Numbered from the stretch's first letter, positions 15,001-31,408 are shown. The stretch: DNA of 64,000 nt from Auanema rhodensis (GCA_964057225.1 OZ059896.1:6014001-6078000), one strand, 5' to 3'. Made by a program: numbers and translations. Notes: generated by a model not told the origin, from the letters alone.

Positions 15001-18000
15001 ATATTAGTCTAAAAACAAATTTTTATTGATATTGGTGCATGGTAACCATGACTTTGAAATTTCCGTGAACTTTAATTTATGCTAATTAAATGTACATGTG
15101 ATGTGCACCTGGTATGTAACTCGCTTCACGTGAAAGATAAAAAGATGCGGTTTTCAAAATTAGATTCCCCATGTCCATATTAGTCTAAAAACAAATTTTT
15201 ATTCATATTGGTGCATGGTAACCATGACTTTGAAATTTACGTGAACTTTAATTTATGCTAATTAAATGTACACGTGATGTGCACTTGGTATGTAACTCGC
15301 TTCACGTGAAAGATAAAGAGATGCTGTTTTTAAAATTAGATTCCCCATGTCCATATTAGTCTAAAAACAAACTTTTCTTGATATTGGTGCATGGTAACCA
15401 TGACTTTGAAATTTACGTGAACTTTAATTTATGCTAATTAAATGTACATGTGATGTGCACCTGGTATGTAACTCGCTTCACGTGAAAGATAAAAAGATAA
15501 GGTTTTCAAAATTAGATTCCCCATGTCCATATTAGTCTAAAAACGAATTTTTATTGATATTGGTGCATGGTAACCATGACTTTGAAATTTACGTGAACTT
15601 TAATTTATGCTAATTAAATGTACATGTGATGTGCACCTGGTATGTAACTCGCTTCACGTGAAAGATAAAAAGATAAGGTTTTCAAAATTAGATTCCCCAT
15701 GTCCATATTAGTCTAAAAACGAATTTTTATTGATATTGGTGCATGGTAACCATGACTTTGAAATTTACGTGAACTTTAATTTATGCTAATTAAATGTACA
15801 CGTGATGTGCACTTGATATGTAACTCGCTTCACGTGAAAGATAAAGAGATGCGGTTTTCAAAATTAGATTCCCCATGTCCATATTAGTCTAAAAACAAAT
15901 TTTTATTGATATTGGTGCATGGTAACCATGACTTTGAAATTTACGTGAACTTTAATTTATGCTAATTAAATGTACACGTGATGTGCACTTGATATGTAAC
16001 TCGCTTCACGTGAAAGATAAAGAGATGCGGTTTTCAAAATTAGATTCCCCATGTCCATATTAGTCTAAAAACAAATTTTTATTGATATTGGTGCATGGTA
16101 ACCATGACTTTGAAATTTACGTGAACTTTAATTTATGCTAATTAAATGTACACGTGATGTGCACTTGGTATGTAACTCGCTTCACGTGAAAGATAAAGAG
16201 ATGCGGTTTTCAAAATTAGATTCCCCATGTCCATATTAGTCTAAAAACAAATTTTTATTGATATTGGTGCATGGTAACCATGACTTTGAAATTTACGTGA
16301 ACTTTAATTTATGCTAATTAAATGTACACTTGATGTGCACTTGATATGTAACTCGCTTCACGTGAAAGATAAAAAGATGCGGTTTTTAAAATTAGATTCC
16401 CCATGTCCATATTAGTCTAAAAACAAATTTTAATTCATATTGGTGCATGGTAACCATGACTTTGAAATTTCCGTGAACTTTAATTTATGCTAATTAAATG
16501 TACATGTGATGTGCACCTGGTATGTAACTCGCTTCACGTGAAAGATAAAAAGATGCGGTTTTCAAAATTAGATTCCCCATGTCCATATTAGTCTAAAAAC
16601 AAATTTTTATTGATATTGGTGCATGGTAACCATGACTTTGAAATTTACGTGAACTTTAATTTATGCTAATTAAATGTACACTTGATGTGCACTTGATATG
16701 TAACTCGCTTCACGTGAAAGATAAAAAGATGCGGTTTTCAAAATTAGATTCCCCATGTCCATATTAGTCTAAAAACAAATTTTTCTTGATATTGGTGCAT
16801 GGTAACCATGACTTTGAAATTTACGTGAACTTTAATTTATGCTAATTAAATGTACATGTGATGTGCACCTGGTATGTAACTCGCTTCACGTGAAAGATAA
16901 AAAGATAAGGTTTTCAAAATTAGATTCCCCATGTCCATATTAGTCTAAAAACGAATTTTTATTGATATTGGTGCATGGTAACCATGACTTTGAAATTTAC
17001 GTGAACTTTAATTTATGCTAATTAAATGTACACGTGATGTGCACTTGATATGTAACTCGCTTCACGTGAAAGATAAAGAGATGCGGTTTTCAAAATTAGA
17101 TTCCCCATGTCCATATTAGTCTAAAAACAAATTTTTATTGATATTGGTGCATGGTAACCATGACTTTGAAATTTACGTGAACTTTAATTTATGCTAATTA
17201 AATGTACACGTGATGTGCACTTGGTATGTAACTCGCTTCACGTGAAAGATAAAGAGATGCGGTTTTCAAAATTAGATTCCCCATGTCCATATTAGTCTAA
17301 AAACAAATTTTTATTGATATTGGTGCATGGTAACCATGACTTTGAAATTTACGTGAACTTTAATTTATGCTAATTAAATGTACACTTGATGTGCACTTGA
17401 TATGTAACTCGCTTCACGTGAAAGATAAAAAGATGCGGTTTTTAAAATTAGATTCCCCATGTCCATATTAGTCTAAAAACAAATTTTAATTCATATTGGT
17501 GCATGGTAACCATGACTTTGAAATTTCCGTGAACTTTAATTTATGCTAATTAAATGTACATGTGATGTGCACCTGGTATGTAACTCGCTTCACGTGAAAG
17601 ATAAAAAGATGCGGTTTTCAAAATTAGATTCCCCATGTCCATATTAGTCTAAAAACAAATTTTAATTCATATTGGTGCATGGTAACCATGACTTTGAAAT
17701 TTACGTGAACTTTAATTTATGCTAATTAAATGTACACTTGATGTGCACTTGATATGTAACTCGCTTCACGTGAAAGATAAAAAGATGCGGTTTTCAAAAT
17801 TAGATTCCCCATGTCCATATTAGTCTAAAAACAAATTTTTCTTGATATTGGTGCATGGTAACCATGACTTTGAAATTTACGTGAACTTTAATTTATGCTA
17901 ATTAAATGTACATGTGATGTGCACCTGGTATGTAACTCGCTTCACGTGAAAGATAAAAAGATAAGGTTTTCAAAATTAGATTCCCCATGTCCATATTAGT

Positions 18001-21000
18001 CTGAAAACGAATTTTTATTGATATTGGTGCATGGTAACCATGACTTTGAAATTTACGTGAACTTTAATTTATGCTAATTAAATGTACACGTGATGTGCAC
18101 TTGATATGTAACTCGCTTCACGTGAAAGATAAAGAGATGCGGTTTTCAAAATTAGATTCCCCATGTCCATATTAGTCTAAAAACAAATTTTTATTGATAT
18201 TGGTGCATGGTAACCATGACTTTGAAATTTCCGTGAACTTTAATTTATGCTAATTAAATGTACATGTGATGTGCACCTGGTATGTAACTCGCTTCACGTG
18301 AAAGATAAAAAGATGCGGTTTTCAAAATTAGATTCCCCATGTCCATATTAGTCTAAAAACAAATTTTAATTCATATTCGTGCATGGTAACCATGACTTTG
18401 AAATTTACGTGAACTTTAATTTATGCTAATTAAATGTACACTTGATGTGCACTTGATATGTAACTCGCTTCACGTGAAAGATAAAAAGATGCGGTTTTCA
18501 AAATTAGATTCCCCATGTCCATATTAGTCTAAAAACAAATTTTTCTTGATATTGGTGCATGGTAACCATGACTTTGAAATTTACGTGAACTTTAATTTAT
18601 GCTAATTAAATGTACATGTGATGTGCACCTGGTATGTAACTCGCTTCACGTGAAAGATAAAAAGATAAGGTTTTCAAAATTAGATTCCCCATGTCCATAT
18701 TAGTCTAAAAACGAATTTTTATTGATATTGGTGCATGGTAACCATGACTTTGAAATTTACGTGAACTTTAATTTATGCTAATTAAATGTACACGTGATGT
18801 GCACTTGATATGTAACTCGCTTCACGTGAAAGATAAAGAGATGCGGTTTTCAAAATTAGATTCCCCATGTCCATATTAGTCTAAAAACAAATTTTTATTG
18901 ATATTGGTGCATGGTAACCATGACTTTGAAATTTACGTGAACTTTAATTTATGCTAATTAAATGTACACGTGATGTGCACTTGGTATGTAACTCGCTTCA
19001 CGTGAAAGATAAAGAGATGCGGTTTTCAAAATTAGATTCCCCATGTCCATATTAGTCTAAAAACAAATTTTTATTGATATTGGTGCATGGTAACCATGAC
19101 TTTGAAATTTACGTGAACTTTAATTTATGCTAATTAAATGTACACTTGATGTGCACTTGATATGTAACTCGCTTCACGTGAAAGATAAAAAGATGCGGTT
19201 TTCAAAATTAGATTCCCCATGTCCATATTAGTCTAAAAACAAATTTTTCTTGATATTGGTGCATGGTAACCATGACTTTGAAATTTACGTGAACTTTAAT
19301 TTATGCTAATTAAATGTACATGTGATGTGCACCTGGTATGTAACTCGCTTCACGTGAAAGATAAAAAGATAAGGTTTTCAAAATTAGATTCCCCATGTCC
19401 ATATTAGTCTAAAAACGAATTTTTATTGATATTGGTGCATGGTAACCATGACTTTGAAATTTACGTGAACTTTAATTTATGCTAATTAAATGTACACGTG
19501 ATGTGCACTTGATATGTAACTCGCTTCACGTGAAAGATAAAGAGATGCGGTTTTCAAAATTAGATTCCCCATGTCCATATTAGTCTAAAAACAAATTTTT
19601 ATTGATATTGGTGCATGGTAACCATGACTTTGAAATTTACGTGAACTTTAATTTATGCTAATTAAATGTACACGTGATGTGCACTTGGTATGTAACTCGC
19701 TTCACGTGAAAGATAAAGAGATGCGGTTTTCAAAATTAGATTCCCCATGTCCATATTAGTCTAAAAACAAATTTTTATTGATATTGGTGCATGGTAACCA
19801 TGACTTTGAAATTTACGTGAACTTTAATTTATGCTAATTAAATGTACACTTGATGTGCACTTGATATGTAACTCGCTTCACGTGAAAGATAAAAAGATGC
19901 GGTTTTTAAAATTAGATTCCCCATGTCCATATTAGTCTAAAAACAAATTTTAATTCATATTGGTGCATGGTAACCATGACTTTGAAATTTCCGTGAACTT
20001 TAATTTATGCTAATTAAATGTACATGTGATGTGCACCTGGTATGTAACTCGCTTCACGTGAAAGATAAAAAGATGCGGTTTTCAAAATTAGATTCCCCAT
20101 GTCCATATTAGTCTAAAAACAAATTTTAATTCATATTGGTGCATGGTAACCATGACTTTGAAATTTACGTGAACTTTAATTTATGCTAATTAAATGTACA
20201 TGTGATGTGCACCTGGTATGTAACTCGCTTCACGTGAAAGATAAAAAGATGCGGTTTTCAAAATTAGATTCCCCATGTCCATATTAGTCTAAAAACAAAT
20301 TTTTATTCATATTGGTGCATGGTAACCATGACTTTGAAATTTACGTGAACTTTAATTTATGCTAATTAAATGTACACGTGATGTGCACTTGGTATGTAAC
20401 TCGCTTCACGTGAAAGATAAAGAGATGCGGTTTTCAAAATTAGATTCCCCATGTCCATATTAGTCTAAAAACAAATTTTTATTGATATTGGTGCATGGTA
20501 ACCATGACTTTGAAATTTAGGTGAACTTTAATTTATGCTAATTAAATGTACACGTGATGTGCACTTGGTATGTAACTCGCTTCACGTGAAAGATAAAGAG
20601 ATGCGGTTTTCAAAATTAGATTCCCCATGTCCATATTAGTCTAAAAACAAATTTTTATTGATATTGGTGCATGGTAACCATGACTTTGAAATTTACGTGA
20701 ACTTTAATTTATGCTAATTAAATGTACACTTGATGTGCACTTGATATGTAACTCGCTTCACGTGAAAGATAAAAAGATGCGGTTTTCAAAATTAGATTCC
20801 CCATGTCCATATTAGTCTAAAAACAAATTTTAATTCATATTGGTGCATGGTAACCATGACTTTGAAATTTACGTGAACTTTAATTTATGCTAATTAAATG
20901 TACATGTGATGTGCACCTGGTATGTAACTCGCTTCACGTGAAAGATAAAAAGATGCGGTTTTCAAAATTAGATTCCCCATGTCCATATTAGTCTAAAAAC

Positions 21001-24000
21001 AAATTTTTATTCATATTGGTGCATGGTAACCATGACTTTGAAATTTACGTGAACTTTAATTTATGCTAATTAAATGTACATGTGATGTGCACTTGGTATG
21101 TAACTCGCTTCACGTGAAAGATAAAGAGATGCTATTTTTAAAATTAGATTCCCCATGTCCATATTAGTCTAAAAACAAATTTTTATTGATATTGGTGCAT
21201 GGTAACCATGACTTTGAAATTTACGTGAACTTTAATTTATGCTAATTAAATATACACGTGATGTGCACTTGATATGTAACTCGCTTCACGTGAAAGATAA
21301 AGAGATGCGGTTTTCAAAATTAGATTCCCCATGTCCATATTAGTCTAAAAACAAATTTTTATTGATATTGGTGCATGGTAACCATGACTTTAAAATTTAC
21401 GTGAACTTTAATTTATGCTAATTAAATATAAACGTGATGTGCACTTGGTATGTAACTCGCTTCACCTGAAAGATAAAAAGATAAGGTTTTCAAAATTAGA
21501 TTCCCCATGTCCATATTAGTCTAAAAACAAATTTTTATTGATATTGGTGCATGGTAACCATGACTTTAAAATTTACGTGAACTTTAATTTATGCTAATTA
21601 AATGTACACGTGATGTGCACTTGGTATGTAACTCGCTTCACGTGAAAGATAAAAAGATAAGGTTTTCAAAATTAGATTCCCCATGTCCATATTAGTCTAA
21701 AAACAAATTTTTATTGATATTGGTGCATGGTAACCATGACTTTGAAATTTACGTGAACTTTAATTTATGCTAATTAAATGTACACGTGATGTGCACTTGG
21801 TATGTAACTCGCTTCACGTGAAAGATAAAGAGATGCGGTTTTCAAAATTAGATTCCCCATGTCCATATTAGTCTAAAAACAAATTTTTATTGATATTGGT
21901 GCATGGTAACCATGACTTTGAAATTTACGTGAACTTTAATTTATGCTAATTAAATGTACACTTGATGTGCACTTGATATGTAACTCGCTTCACGTGAAAG
22001 ATAAAAAGATGCGGTTTTCAAAATTAGATTCCCCATGTCCATATTAGTCTAAAAACAAATTTTTCTTGATATTGGTGCATGGTAACCATGACTTTGAAAT
22101 TTACGTGAACTTTAATTTATGCTAATTAAATGTACATGTGATGTGCACCTGGTATGTAACTCGCTTCACGTGAAAGATAAAAAGATAAGGTTTTCAAAAT
22201 TAGATTCCCCATGTCCATATTAGTCTAAAAACGAATTTTTATTGATATTGGTGCATGGTAACCATGACTTTGAAATTTACGTGAACTTTAATTTATGCTA
22301 ATTAAATGTACACGTGATGTGCACTTGATATGTAACTCGCTTCACGTGAAAGATAAAGAGATGCGGTTTTCAAAATTAGATTCCCCATGTCCATATTAGT
22401 CTAAAAACAAATTTTTATTGATATTGGTGCATGGTAACCATGACTTTGAAATTTACGTGAACTTTAATTTATGCTAATTAAATGTACACGTGATGTGCAC
22501 TTGGTATGTAACTCGCTTCACGTGAAAGATAAAGAGATGCGGTTTTCAAAATTAGATTCCCCATGTCCATATTAGTCTAAAAACAAATTTTTATTGATAT
22601 TGGTGCATGGTAACCATGACTTTGAAATTTACGTGAACTTTAATTTATGCTAATTAAATGTACACTTGATGTGCACTTGATATGTAACTCGCTTCACGTG
22701 AAAGATAAAAAGATGCGGTTTTTAAAATTAGATTCCCCATGTCCATATTAGTCTAAAAACAAATTTTAATTCATATTGGTGCATGGTAACCATGACTTTG
22801 AAATTTACGTGAACTTTAATTTATGCTAATTAAATGTACATGTGATGTGCACCTGGTATGTAACTCGCTTCACGTGAAAGATAAAAAGATGCGGTTTTCA
22901 AAATTAGATTCCCCATGTCCATATTAGTCTAAAAACAAATTTTTATTCATATTGGTGCATGGTAACCATGACTTTGAAATTTACGTGAACTTTAATTTAT
23001 GCTAATTAAATGTACACGTGATGTGCACTTGGTATGTAACTCGCTTCACGTGAAAGATAAAGAGATGCGGTTTTCAAAATTAGATTCCCCATGTCCATAT
23101 TAGTCTAAAAACAAATTTTTATTGATATTGGTGCATGGTAACCATGACTTTGAAATTTAGGTGAACTTTAATTTATGCTAATTAAATGTACACGTGATGT
23201 GCACTTGGTATGTAACTCGCTTCACGTGAAAGATAAAGAGATGCGGTTTTCAAAATTAGATTCCCCATGTCCATATTAGTCTAAAAACAAATTTTTATTG
23301 ATATTGGTGCATGGTAACCATGACTTTGAAATTTACGTGAACTTTAATTTATGCTAATTAAATGTACACTTGATGTGCACTTGATATGTAACTCGCTTCA
23401 CGTGAAAGATAAAAAGATGCGGTTTTCAAAATTAGATTCCCCATGTCCATATTAGTCTAAAAACAAATTTTAATTCATATTGGTGCATGGTAACCATGAC
23501 TTTGAAATTTACGTGAACTTTAATTTATGCTAATTAAATGTACATGTGATGTGCACCTGGTATGTAACTCGCTTCACGTGAAAGATAAAAAGATGCGGTT
23601 TTCAAAATTAGATTCCCCATGTCCATATTAGTCTAAAAACAAATTTTTATTCATATTGGTGCATGGTAACCATGACTTTGAAATTTAAGTGAACTTTAAT
23701 TTATGCTAATTAAATGTACATGTGATGTGCACTTGGTATGTAACTCGCTTCACGTGAAAGATAAAGAGATGCTATTTTTAAAATTAGATTCCCCATGTCC
23801 ATATTAGTCTAAAAACAAATTTTTATTGATATTGGTGCATGGTAACCATGACTTTGAAATTTACGTGAACTTTAATTTATGCTAATTAAATATACACGTG
23901 ATGTGCACTTGATATGTAACTCGCTTCACGTGAAAGATAAAGAGATGCGGTTTTCAAAATTAGATTCCCCATGTCCATATTAGTCTAAAAACAAATTTTT

Positions 24001-27000
24001 ATTGATATTGGTGCATGGTAACCATGACTTTAAAATTTACGTGAACTTTAATTTATGCTAATTAAATATAAACGTGATGTGCACTTGGTATGTAACTCGC
24101 TTCACCTGAAAGATAAAAAGATAAGGTTTTCAAAATTAGATTCCCCATGTCCATATTAGTCTAAAAACAAATTTTTATTGATATTGGTGCATGGTAACCA
24201 TGACTTTAAAATTTACGTGAACTTTAATTTATGCTAATTAAATGTACACGTGATGTGCACTTGGTATGTAACTCGCTTCACGTGAAAGATAAAAAGATAA
24301 GGTTTTCAAAATTAGATTCCCCATGTCCATATTAGTCTAAAAACAAATTTTTATTGATATTGGTGCATGGTAACCATGACTTTGAAATTTACGTGAACTT
24401 TAATTTATGCTAATTAAATGTACACGTGATGTGCACTTGGTATGTAACTCGCTTCACGTGAAAGATAAAGAGATGCGGTTTTCAAAATTAGATTACCCAT
24501 GTCCATATTAGTCTAAAAACGAATTTTTATTGATATTGGTGCATGGTAACCATGACTTTGAAATTTACGTGAACTTTAATTTATGCTAATTAAATGTACA
24601 CTTGATGTGCACTTGATATGTAACTCGCTTCACGTGAAAGATAAAAAGATGCGATTTTCAAAATTAGATTCCCCATGTCCATATTAGTCTAAAAACAAAT
24701 TTTAATTTATATTGGTGCATGGTAACCATGACTTTGAAATTTACGTGAACTTTAATTTATGCTAATTAAATGTACATGTGATGTGCACCTGGTATGTAAC
24801 TCGCTTCACGTGAAAGATAAAAAGATGCGGTTATCAAATTTAGATTCCCCATGTCCATATTAGTCTAAAAACAAATTTTTATTGATATTGGTGCATGGTA
24901 ACCATGACTTTGAAATTTACGTGAACTTTAATTTATGCTAATTAAATGTACACGTGATGTGCACTTGGTATGTAACTCGCTTCACGTGAAAGATAAAGAG
25001 ATGCGGTATTCAAAATTAGATTCCCCATGTCCATATTAGTCTAAAAACAAATTTTTATTGATATTGGTGCATGGTAACCATGACTTTGAAATTTACGTGA
25101 ACTTTAATTTATGCTAATTAAATGTACACTTGATGTGCACTTGATATGTAACTCGCTTCACGTGAAAGATAAAAAGATGCGGTTTTCAAAATTAGATTCC
25201 CCATGTCCATATTAGTCTAAAAACAAATTTTAATTCATATTGGTGCATGGTAACCATGACTTTGAAATTTACGTGAACTTTAATTTATGCTAATTAAATG
25301 TACATGTGATGTGCACCTGGTATGTAACTCGCTTCACGTGAAAGATAAAAAGATGCGGTTTTCAAAATTAGATTCCCCATGTCCATATTAGTCTAAAAAC
25401 AAATTTTTATTCATATTGGTGCATGGTAACCATGACTTTGAAATTTACGTGAACTTTAATTTATGCTAATTAAATGTACACGTGATGTGCACTTGGTATG
25501 TAACTCGCTTCACGTGAAAGATAAAGAGATGCTGTTTTCAACATTAGATTCCCCATGTCCATATTAGTCTAAAAACAAATTTTTATTGATATTGGTGCAT
25601 GGTAACCATGACTTTGAAATTTACGTGAACTTTAATTTATGCTAATTAAATATACACGTGATGTGCACTTGATATGTAACTCGCTTCACGTGAAAGATAA
25701 AGAGATGCGGTTTTCAAAATTAGATTCCCCATGTCCATATTAGTCTAAAAACGAATTTTTATTGATATTGGTGCATGGTAACCATGACTTTGAAATTTCC
25801 GTGAACTTTAATTTATGCTAATTAAATGTACATGTGATGTGCACCTGGTATGTAACTCGCTTCACGTGAAAGATAAAAAGATGCGGTTTTCAAAATTAGA
25901 TTCCCCATGTCCATATTAGTCTAAAAACAAATTTTTATTCATATTGGTGCATGGTAACCATGACTTTGAAATTTACGTGAACTTTAATTTATGCTAATTA
26001 AATGTACACGTGATGTGCACTTGGTATGTCACTCGCTTTACGTGAAAGATAAAGAGATGCGGTTTTCAAAATTAGATTCCCCATGTCCATATTAGTCTAA
26101 AAACAAATTTTTATTGATATTGGTGCATGGTAACCATGACTTTGAAATTTACGTGAACTTTAATTTATGCTAATTAAATGTACACTTGATGTGCACTTGG
26201 TATGTAACTCGCTTCACGTGAAAGATAAAGAGATGCGGTTTTCAAAATTAGATTACGCATGTCCATATTAGTCTAAAAACAAATTTTTATTGATATTGGT
26301 GCATGGTAACCATGACTTTGAAATTTACGTGTACTTTAATTTATGCTAATTAAATGTACACGTGATGTGCACTTGGTATGTAACTCGCTTCACGTGAAAG
26401 ATAAAGAGATGCGGTTTTCAAAATTAGATTACCCATGTCCATATTAGTCTAAAAACGAATTTTTATTGATATTGGTGCATGGTAACCATGACTTTGAAAT
26501 TTACGTGAACTTTAATTTATGCTAATTAAATATACACGTGATGTGCACTTGGTATGTAACTCGCTTCACGTGAAAGATAAAGAGATGCGGTTCTCAAAAT
26601 TAGATTCCCCATGTCCATATTAGTCTAAAAACGAATTTTTATTGATATTGGTGCATGGTAACCATGACTTTGAAATTTACGTGAACTTTAATTTATGCTA
26701 ATTAAATGTACACGTGATGTGCCCTTGGTATGTAACTCGCTTTACGTGAAAGATAAAGAGATGCGGTTTTCAAAATTATATTCCCCATGTCCATATTAGT
26801 CTAAAAACAAATTTTTATTGATATTGGTGCATGGTAACCATGACTTTGAAATTTACGTGAACTTTAATTTATGCTAATTAAATGTACACTTGATGTGCAC
26901 TTGATATGTAACTCGCTTCACGTGAAAGATAAAAAGATGCGGTTTTCAAAATTAGATTCCCCATGTCCATATTAGTCTAAAAACAAATTTTAATTCATAT

Positions 27001-30000
27001 TGGTGCATGGTAACCATGACTTTGAAATTTACGTGAACTTTAATTTATGCTAATTAAATGTACATGTGATGTGCACCTGGTATGTAACTCGCTTCACGTG
27101 AAAGATAAAAAGATGCGGTTATCAAAATTAGATTCCCCATGTCCATATTAGTCTAAAAACAAATTTTTATTCATATTGGTGCATGGTAACCATGACTTTG
27201 AAATTTACGTGAACTTTAATTTATGCTAATTAAATGTACACTTGATGTGCACTTGATATGTAACTCGCTTCACGTGAAAGATAAAAAGATGCGGTTTTCA
27301 AAATTAGATTCCCCATGTCCATATTAGTCTAAAAACAAATTTTAATTCATATTGGTGCATGGTAACCATGACTTTGAAATTTACGTGAACTTTAATTTAT
27401 GCTAATTAAATGTACATGTGATGTGCACCTGGTATGTAACTCGCTTCACGTGAAAGATAAAAAGATGCGGTTATCAAAATTAGATTCCCCATGTCCATAT
27501 TAGTCTAAAAACAAATTTTTATTCATATTGGTGCATGGTAACCATGACTTTGAAATTTACGTGAACTTTAATTTATGCTAATTAAATGTACACGTGATGT
27601 GCACTTGGTATGTAACTCGCTTCACGTGAAAGATAAAGAGATGCTGTTTTTAAAATTAGATTCCCCATGTCCATATTAGTCTAAAAACAAATTTTTATTG
27701 ATATTGGTGCATGGTAACCATGACTTTGAAATTTACGTGAACTTTAATTCATGCTAATTAAATATACACGTGATGTGCACCTGGTATGTAACTCGCTTCA
27801 CGTGAAAGATAAAGAGATGCGGTTTTCAAAATTAGATTCCCCATGTCCGTATTAGTCTAAAAACGAATTTTTATTGATATTGGTGCATGGTAACCATGAC
27901 TTTGAAATTTACGTGTACTTTAATTTATGCTAATTAAATGTACACGTGATGTGCACTTGGTATGTAACTCGCTTCACGTGAAAGATAAAGAGATGCGGTT
28001 TTCAAAATTAGATTACCCATGTCCATATTAGTCTAAAAACGAATTTTTATTGATATTGGTGCATGGTAACCATGACTTTGAAATTTACGTGAACTTTAAT
28101 TTATGCTAATTAAATATACACGTGATGTGCACTTGGTATGTAACTCGCTTCACGTGAAAGATAAAGAGATGCGGTTTTCAAAATTAGATTCCCCATGTCC
28201 ATATTAGTCTAAAAACGAATTTTTATTGATATTGGTGCATGGTAACCATGACTTTGAAATTTACGTGAACTTTAATTTATGCTAATTAAATGTACACGTG
28301 ATGTGCCCTTGGTATGTAACTCGCTTTACGTGAAAGATAAAGAGATGCGGTTTTCAAAATTAGATTCCCCATGTCCATATTAGTCTAAAAACAAATTTTT
28401 ATTGATATTGGTGCATGGTAACCATGACTTTGAAATTTACGTGAACTTTAATTTATGCTAATTAAATGTACACTTGATGTGCACTTGATATGTAACTCGC
28501 TTCACGTGAAAGATAAAAAGATGCGGTTTTCAAAATTAGATTCCCCATGTCCATATTAGTCTAAAAACAAATTTTAATTCATATTGGTGCATGGTAACCA
28601 TGACTTTGAAATTTACGTGAACTTTAATTTATGCTAATTAAATGTACACGTGATGTGCCCTTGGTATGTAACTCGCTTTACGTGAAAGATAAAGAGATGC
28701 GGTTTTCAAAATTAGATTCCCCATGTCCATATTAGTCTAAAAACAAATTTTTATTGATATTGGTGCATGGTAACCATGACTTTGAAATTTACGTGAACTT
28801 TAATTTATGCTAATTAAATGTACACTTGATGTGCACTTGATATGTAACTCGCTTCACGTGAAAGATAAAAAGATGCGGTTTTCAAAATTAGATTCCCCAT
28901 GTCCATATTAGTCTAAAAACAAATTTTAATTCATATTGGTGCATGGTAACCATGACTTTGAAATTTACGTGAACTTTAATTTATGCTAATTAAATGTACA
29001 TGTGATGTGCACTTGGTATGTAACTCGCTTCACGTGAAAGATAAAGAGATGCGGTTTTCAAAATTAGATTCCCCATGTCCATATTAGTCTAAAAACGAAT
29101 TTTTATTGATATTAGTGCATGGTAACCATGACTTTGAAATTTACGTGAACTTTAATTCATGCTAATTAAATGTACACGTGATGTGCCCTTGGTATGTAAC
29201 TCGCTTCACGTGAAAGATAAAGAGATGCGGTTTTCAAAATTAGATTCCCCATGTCCATATTAGTCTAAAAACAAATTTTTATTGATATTGGTGCATGGTA
29301 ACCATGACTTTGAAATTTACGTGAACTTTAATTTATGCTAATTAAATGTACACTTGATGTGCACTTGATATGTAACTCGCTTCACGTGAAAGATAAAAAG
29401 ATGCGGTTTTCAAAATTAGATTCCCCATGTCCATATTAGTCTAAAAACAAATTTTTATTCATATTGGTGCATGGTAACCATGACTTTGAAATTTACGTGA
29501 ACTTTAATTTATGCTAATTAAATGTACACGTGATGTGCACTTGGTATGTAACTCGCTTCACGTGAAAGATAAAGAGATGCTGTTTTTAAAATTAGATTCC
29601 CCATGTCCATATTAGTCTAAAAACAAATTTTTATTGATATTGGTGCATGGTAACCATGACTTTGAAATTTACGTGAACTTTAATTTATGCTAATTAAATA
29701 TACACGTGATGTGCACTTGATATGTAACTCGCTTCACGTGAAAGATAAAGAGATGCGGTTTTCAAAATTAGATTCCCCATGTCCGTATTAGTCTAAAAAC
29801 GAATTTTTATTGATATTGGTGCATGGTAACCATGACTTTGAAATTTACGTGTACTTTAATTTATGCTAATTAAATGTACACGTGATGTGCACTTGGTATG
29901 TAACTCGCTTCACGTGAAAGATAAAGAGATGCGGTTTTCAAAATTAGATTACCCATGTCCATATTAGTCTAAAAACGAATTTTTATTGATATTGGTGCAT

Positions 30001-31408
30001 GGTAACCATGACTTTGAAATTTACGTGAACTTTAATTTATGCTAATTAAATATACACGTGATGTGCACTTGGTATGTAACTCGCTTCACGTGAAAGATAA
30101 AGAGATGCGGTTTTCAAAATTAGATTCCCCATGTCCATATTAGTCTAAAAACGAATTTTTATTGATATTGGTGCATGGTAACCATGACTTTGAAATTTAC
30201 GTGAACTTTAATTTATGCTAATTAAATGTACACGTGATGTGCCCTTGGTATGTAACTCGCTTTACGTGAAAGATAAAGAGATGCGGTTTTCAAAATTAGA
30301 TTCCCCATGTCCATATTAGTCTAAAAACAAATTTTTATTGATATTGGTGCATGGTAACCATGACTTTGAAATTTACGTGAACTTTAATTTATGCTAATTA
30401 AATGTACACTTGATGTGCACTTGATATGTAACTCGCTTCACGTGAAAGATAAAAAGATGCGGTTTTCAAAATTAGATTCCCCATGTCCATATTAGTCTAA
30501 AAACAAATTTTAATTCATATTGGTGCATGGTAACCATGACTTTGAAATTTACGTGAACTTTAATTTATGCTAATTAAATGTACATGTGATGTGCACTTGG
30601 TATGTAACTCGCTTCACGTGAAAGATAAAGAGATGCGGTTTTCAAAATTAGATTCCCCATGTCCATATTAGTCTAAAAACGAATTTTTATTGATATTAGT
30701 GCATGGTAACCATGACTTTGAAATTTACGTGAACTTTAATTCATGCTAATTAAATGTACACGTGATGTGCCCTTGGTATGTAACTCGCTTCACGTGAAAG
30801 ATAAAGAGATGCGGTTTTCAAAATTAGATTCCCCATGTCCATATTAGTCTAAAAACAAATTTTTATTGATATTGGTGCATGGTAACCATGACTTTGAAAT
30901 TTACGTGAACTTTAATTTATGCTAATTAAATGTACACTTGATGTGCACTTGATATGTAACTCGCTTCACGTGAAAGATAAAAAGATGCGGTTTTCAAAAT
31001 TAGATTCCCCATGTCCATATTAGTCTAAAAACAAATTTTTATTCATATTGGTGCATGGTAACCATGACTTTGAAATTTACGTGAACTTTAATTTATGCTA
31101 ATTAAATGTACACGTGATGTGCACTTGGTATGTAACTCGCTTCACGTGAAAGATAAAGAGATGCTGTTTTTAAAATTAGATTCCCCATGTCCATATTAGT
31201 CTAAAAACAAATTTTTATTGATATTGGTGCATGGTAACCATGACTTTGAAATTTACGTGAACTTTAATTTATGCTAATTAAATATACACGTGATGTGCAC
31301 TTGATATGTAACTCGCTTCACGTGAAAGATAAAGAGATGCGGTTTTCAAAATTAGATTCCCCATGTCCATATTAGTCTAAAAACGAATTTTTATTGATAT
31401 TGGTGCAT
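1..31408. repeat. 176-bp satellite tandem array, left block (~178 monomers)
   Basis: Monomer TTTGAAATTTACGTGAAC...GCATGGTAACCATGAC recurs at 1, 177 and onward, with a few SNPs per copy and occasional 1-bp indels. The consensus has 57/176 G+C. The array stops at monomer position 164 (…TGGTGCAT, 31408). Confidence 0.99.
12507..12588. repeat. Truncated 82-bp satellite monomer (94-bp internal deletion)
   Basis: The junction TTTACGTGA|GATTCCCC at 12522/12523 removes monomer positions 17-110. Confidence 0.92.
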
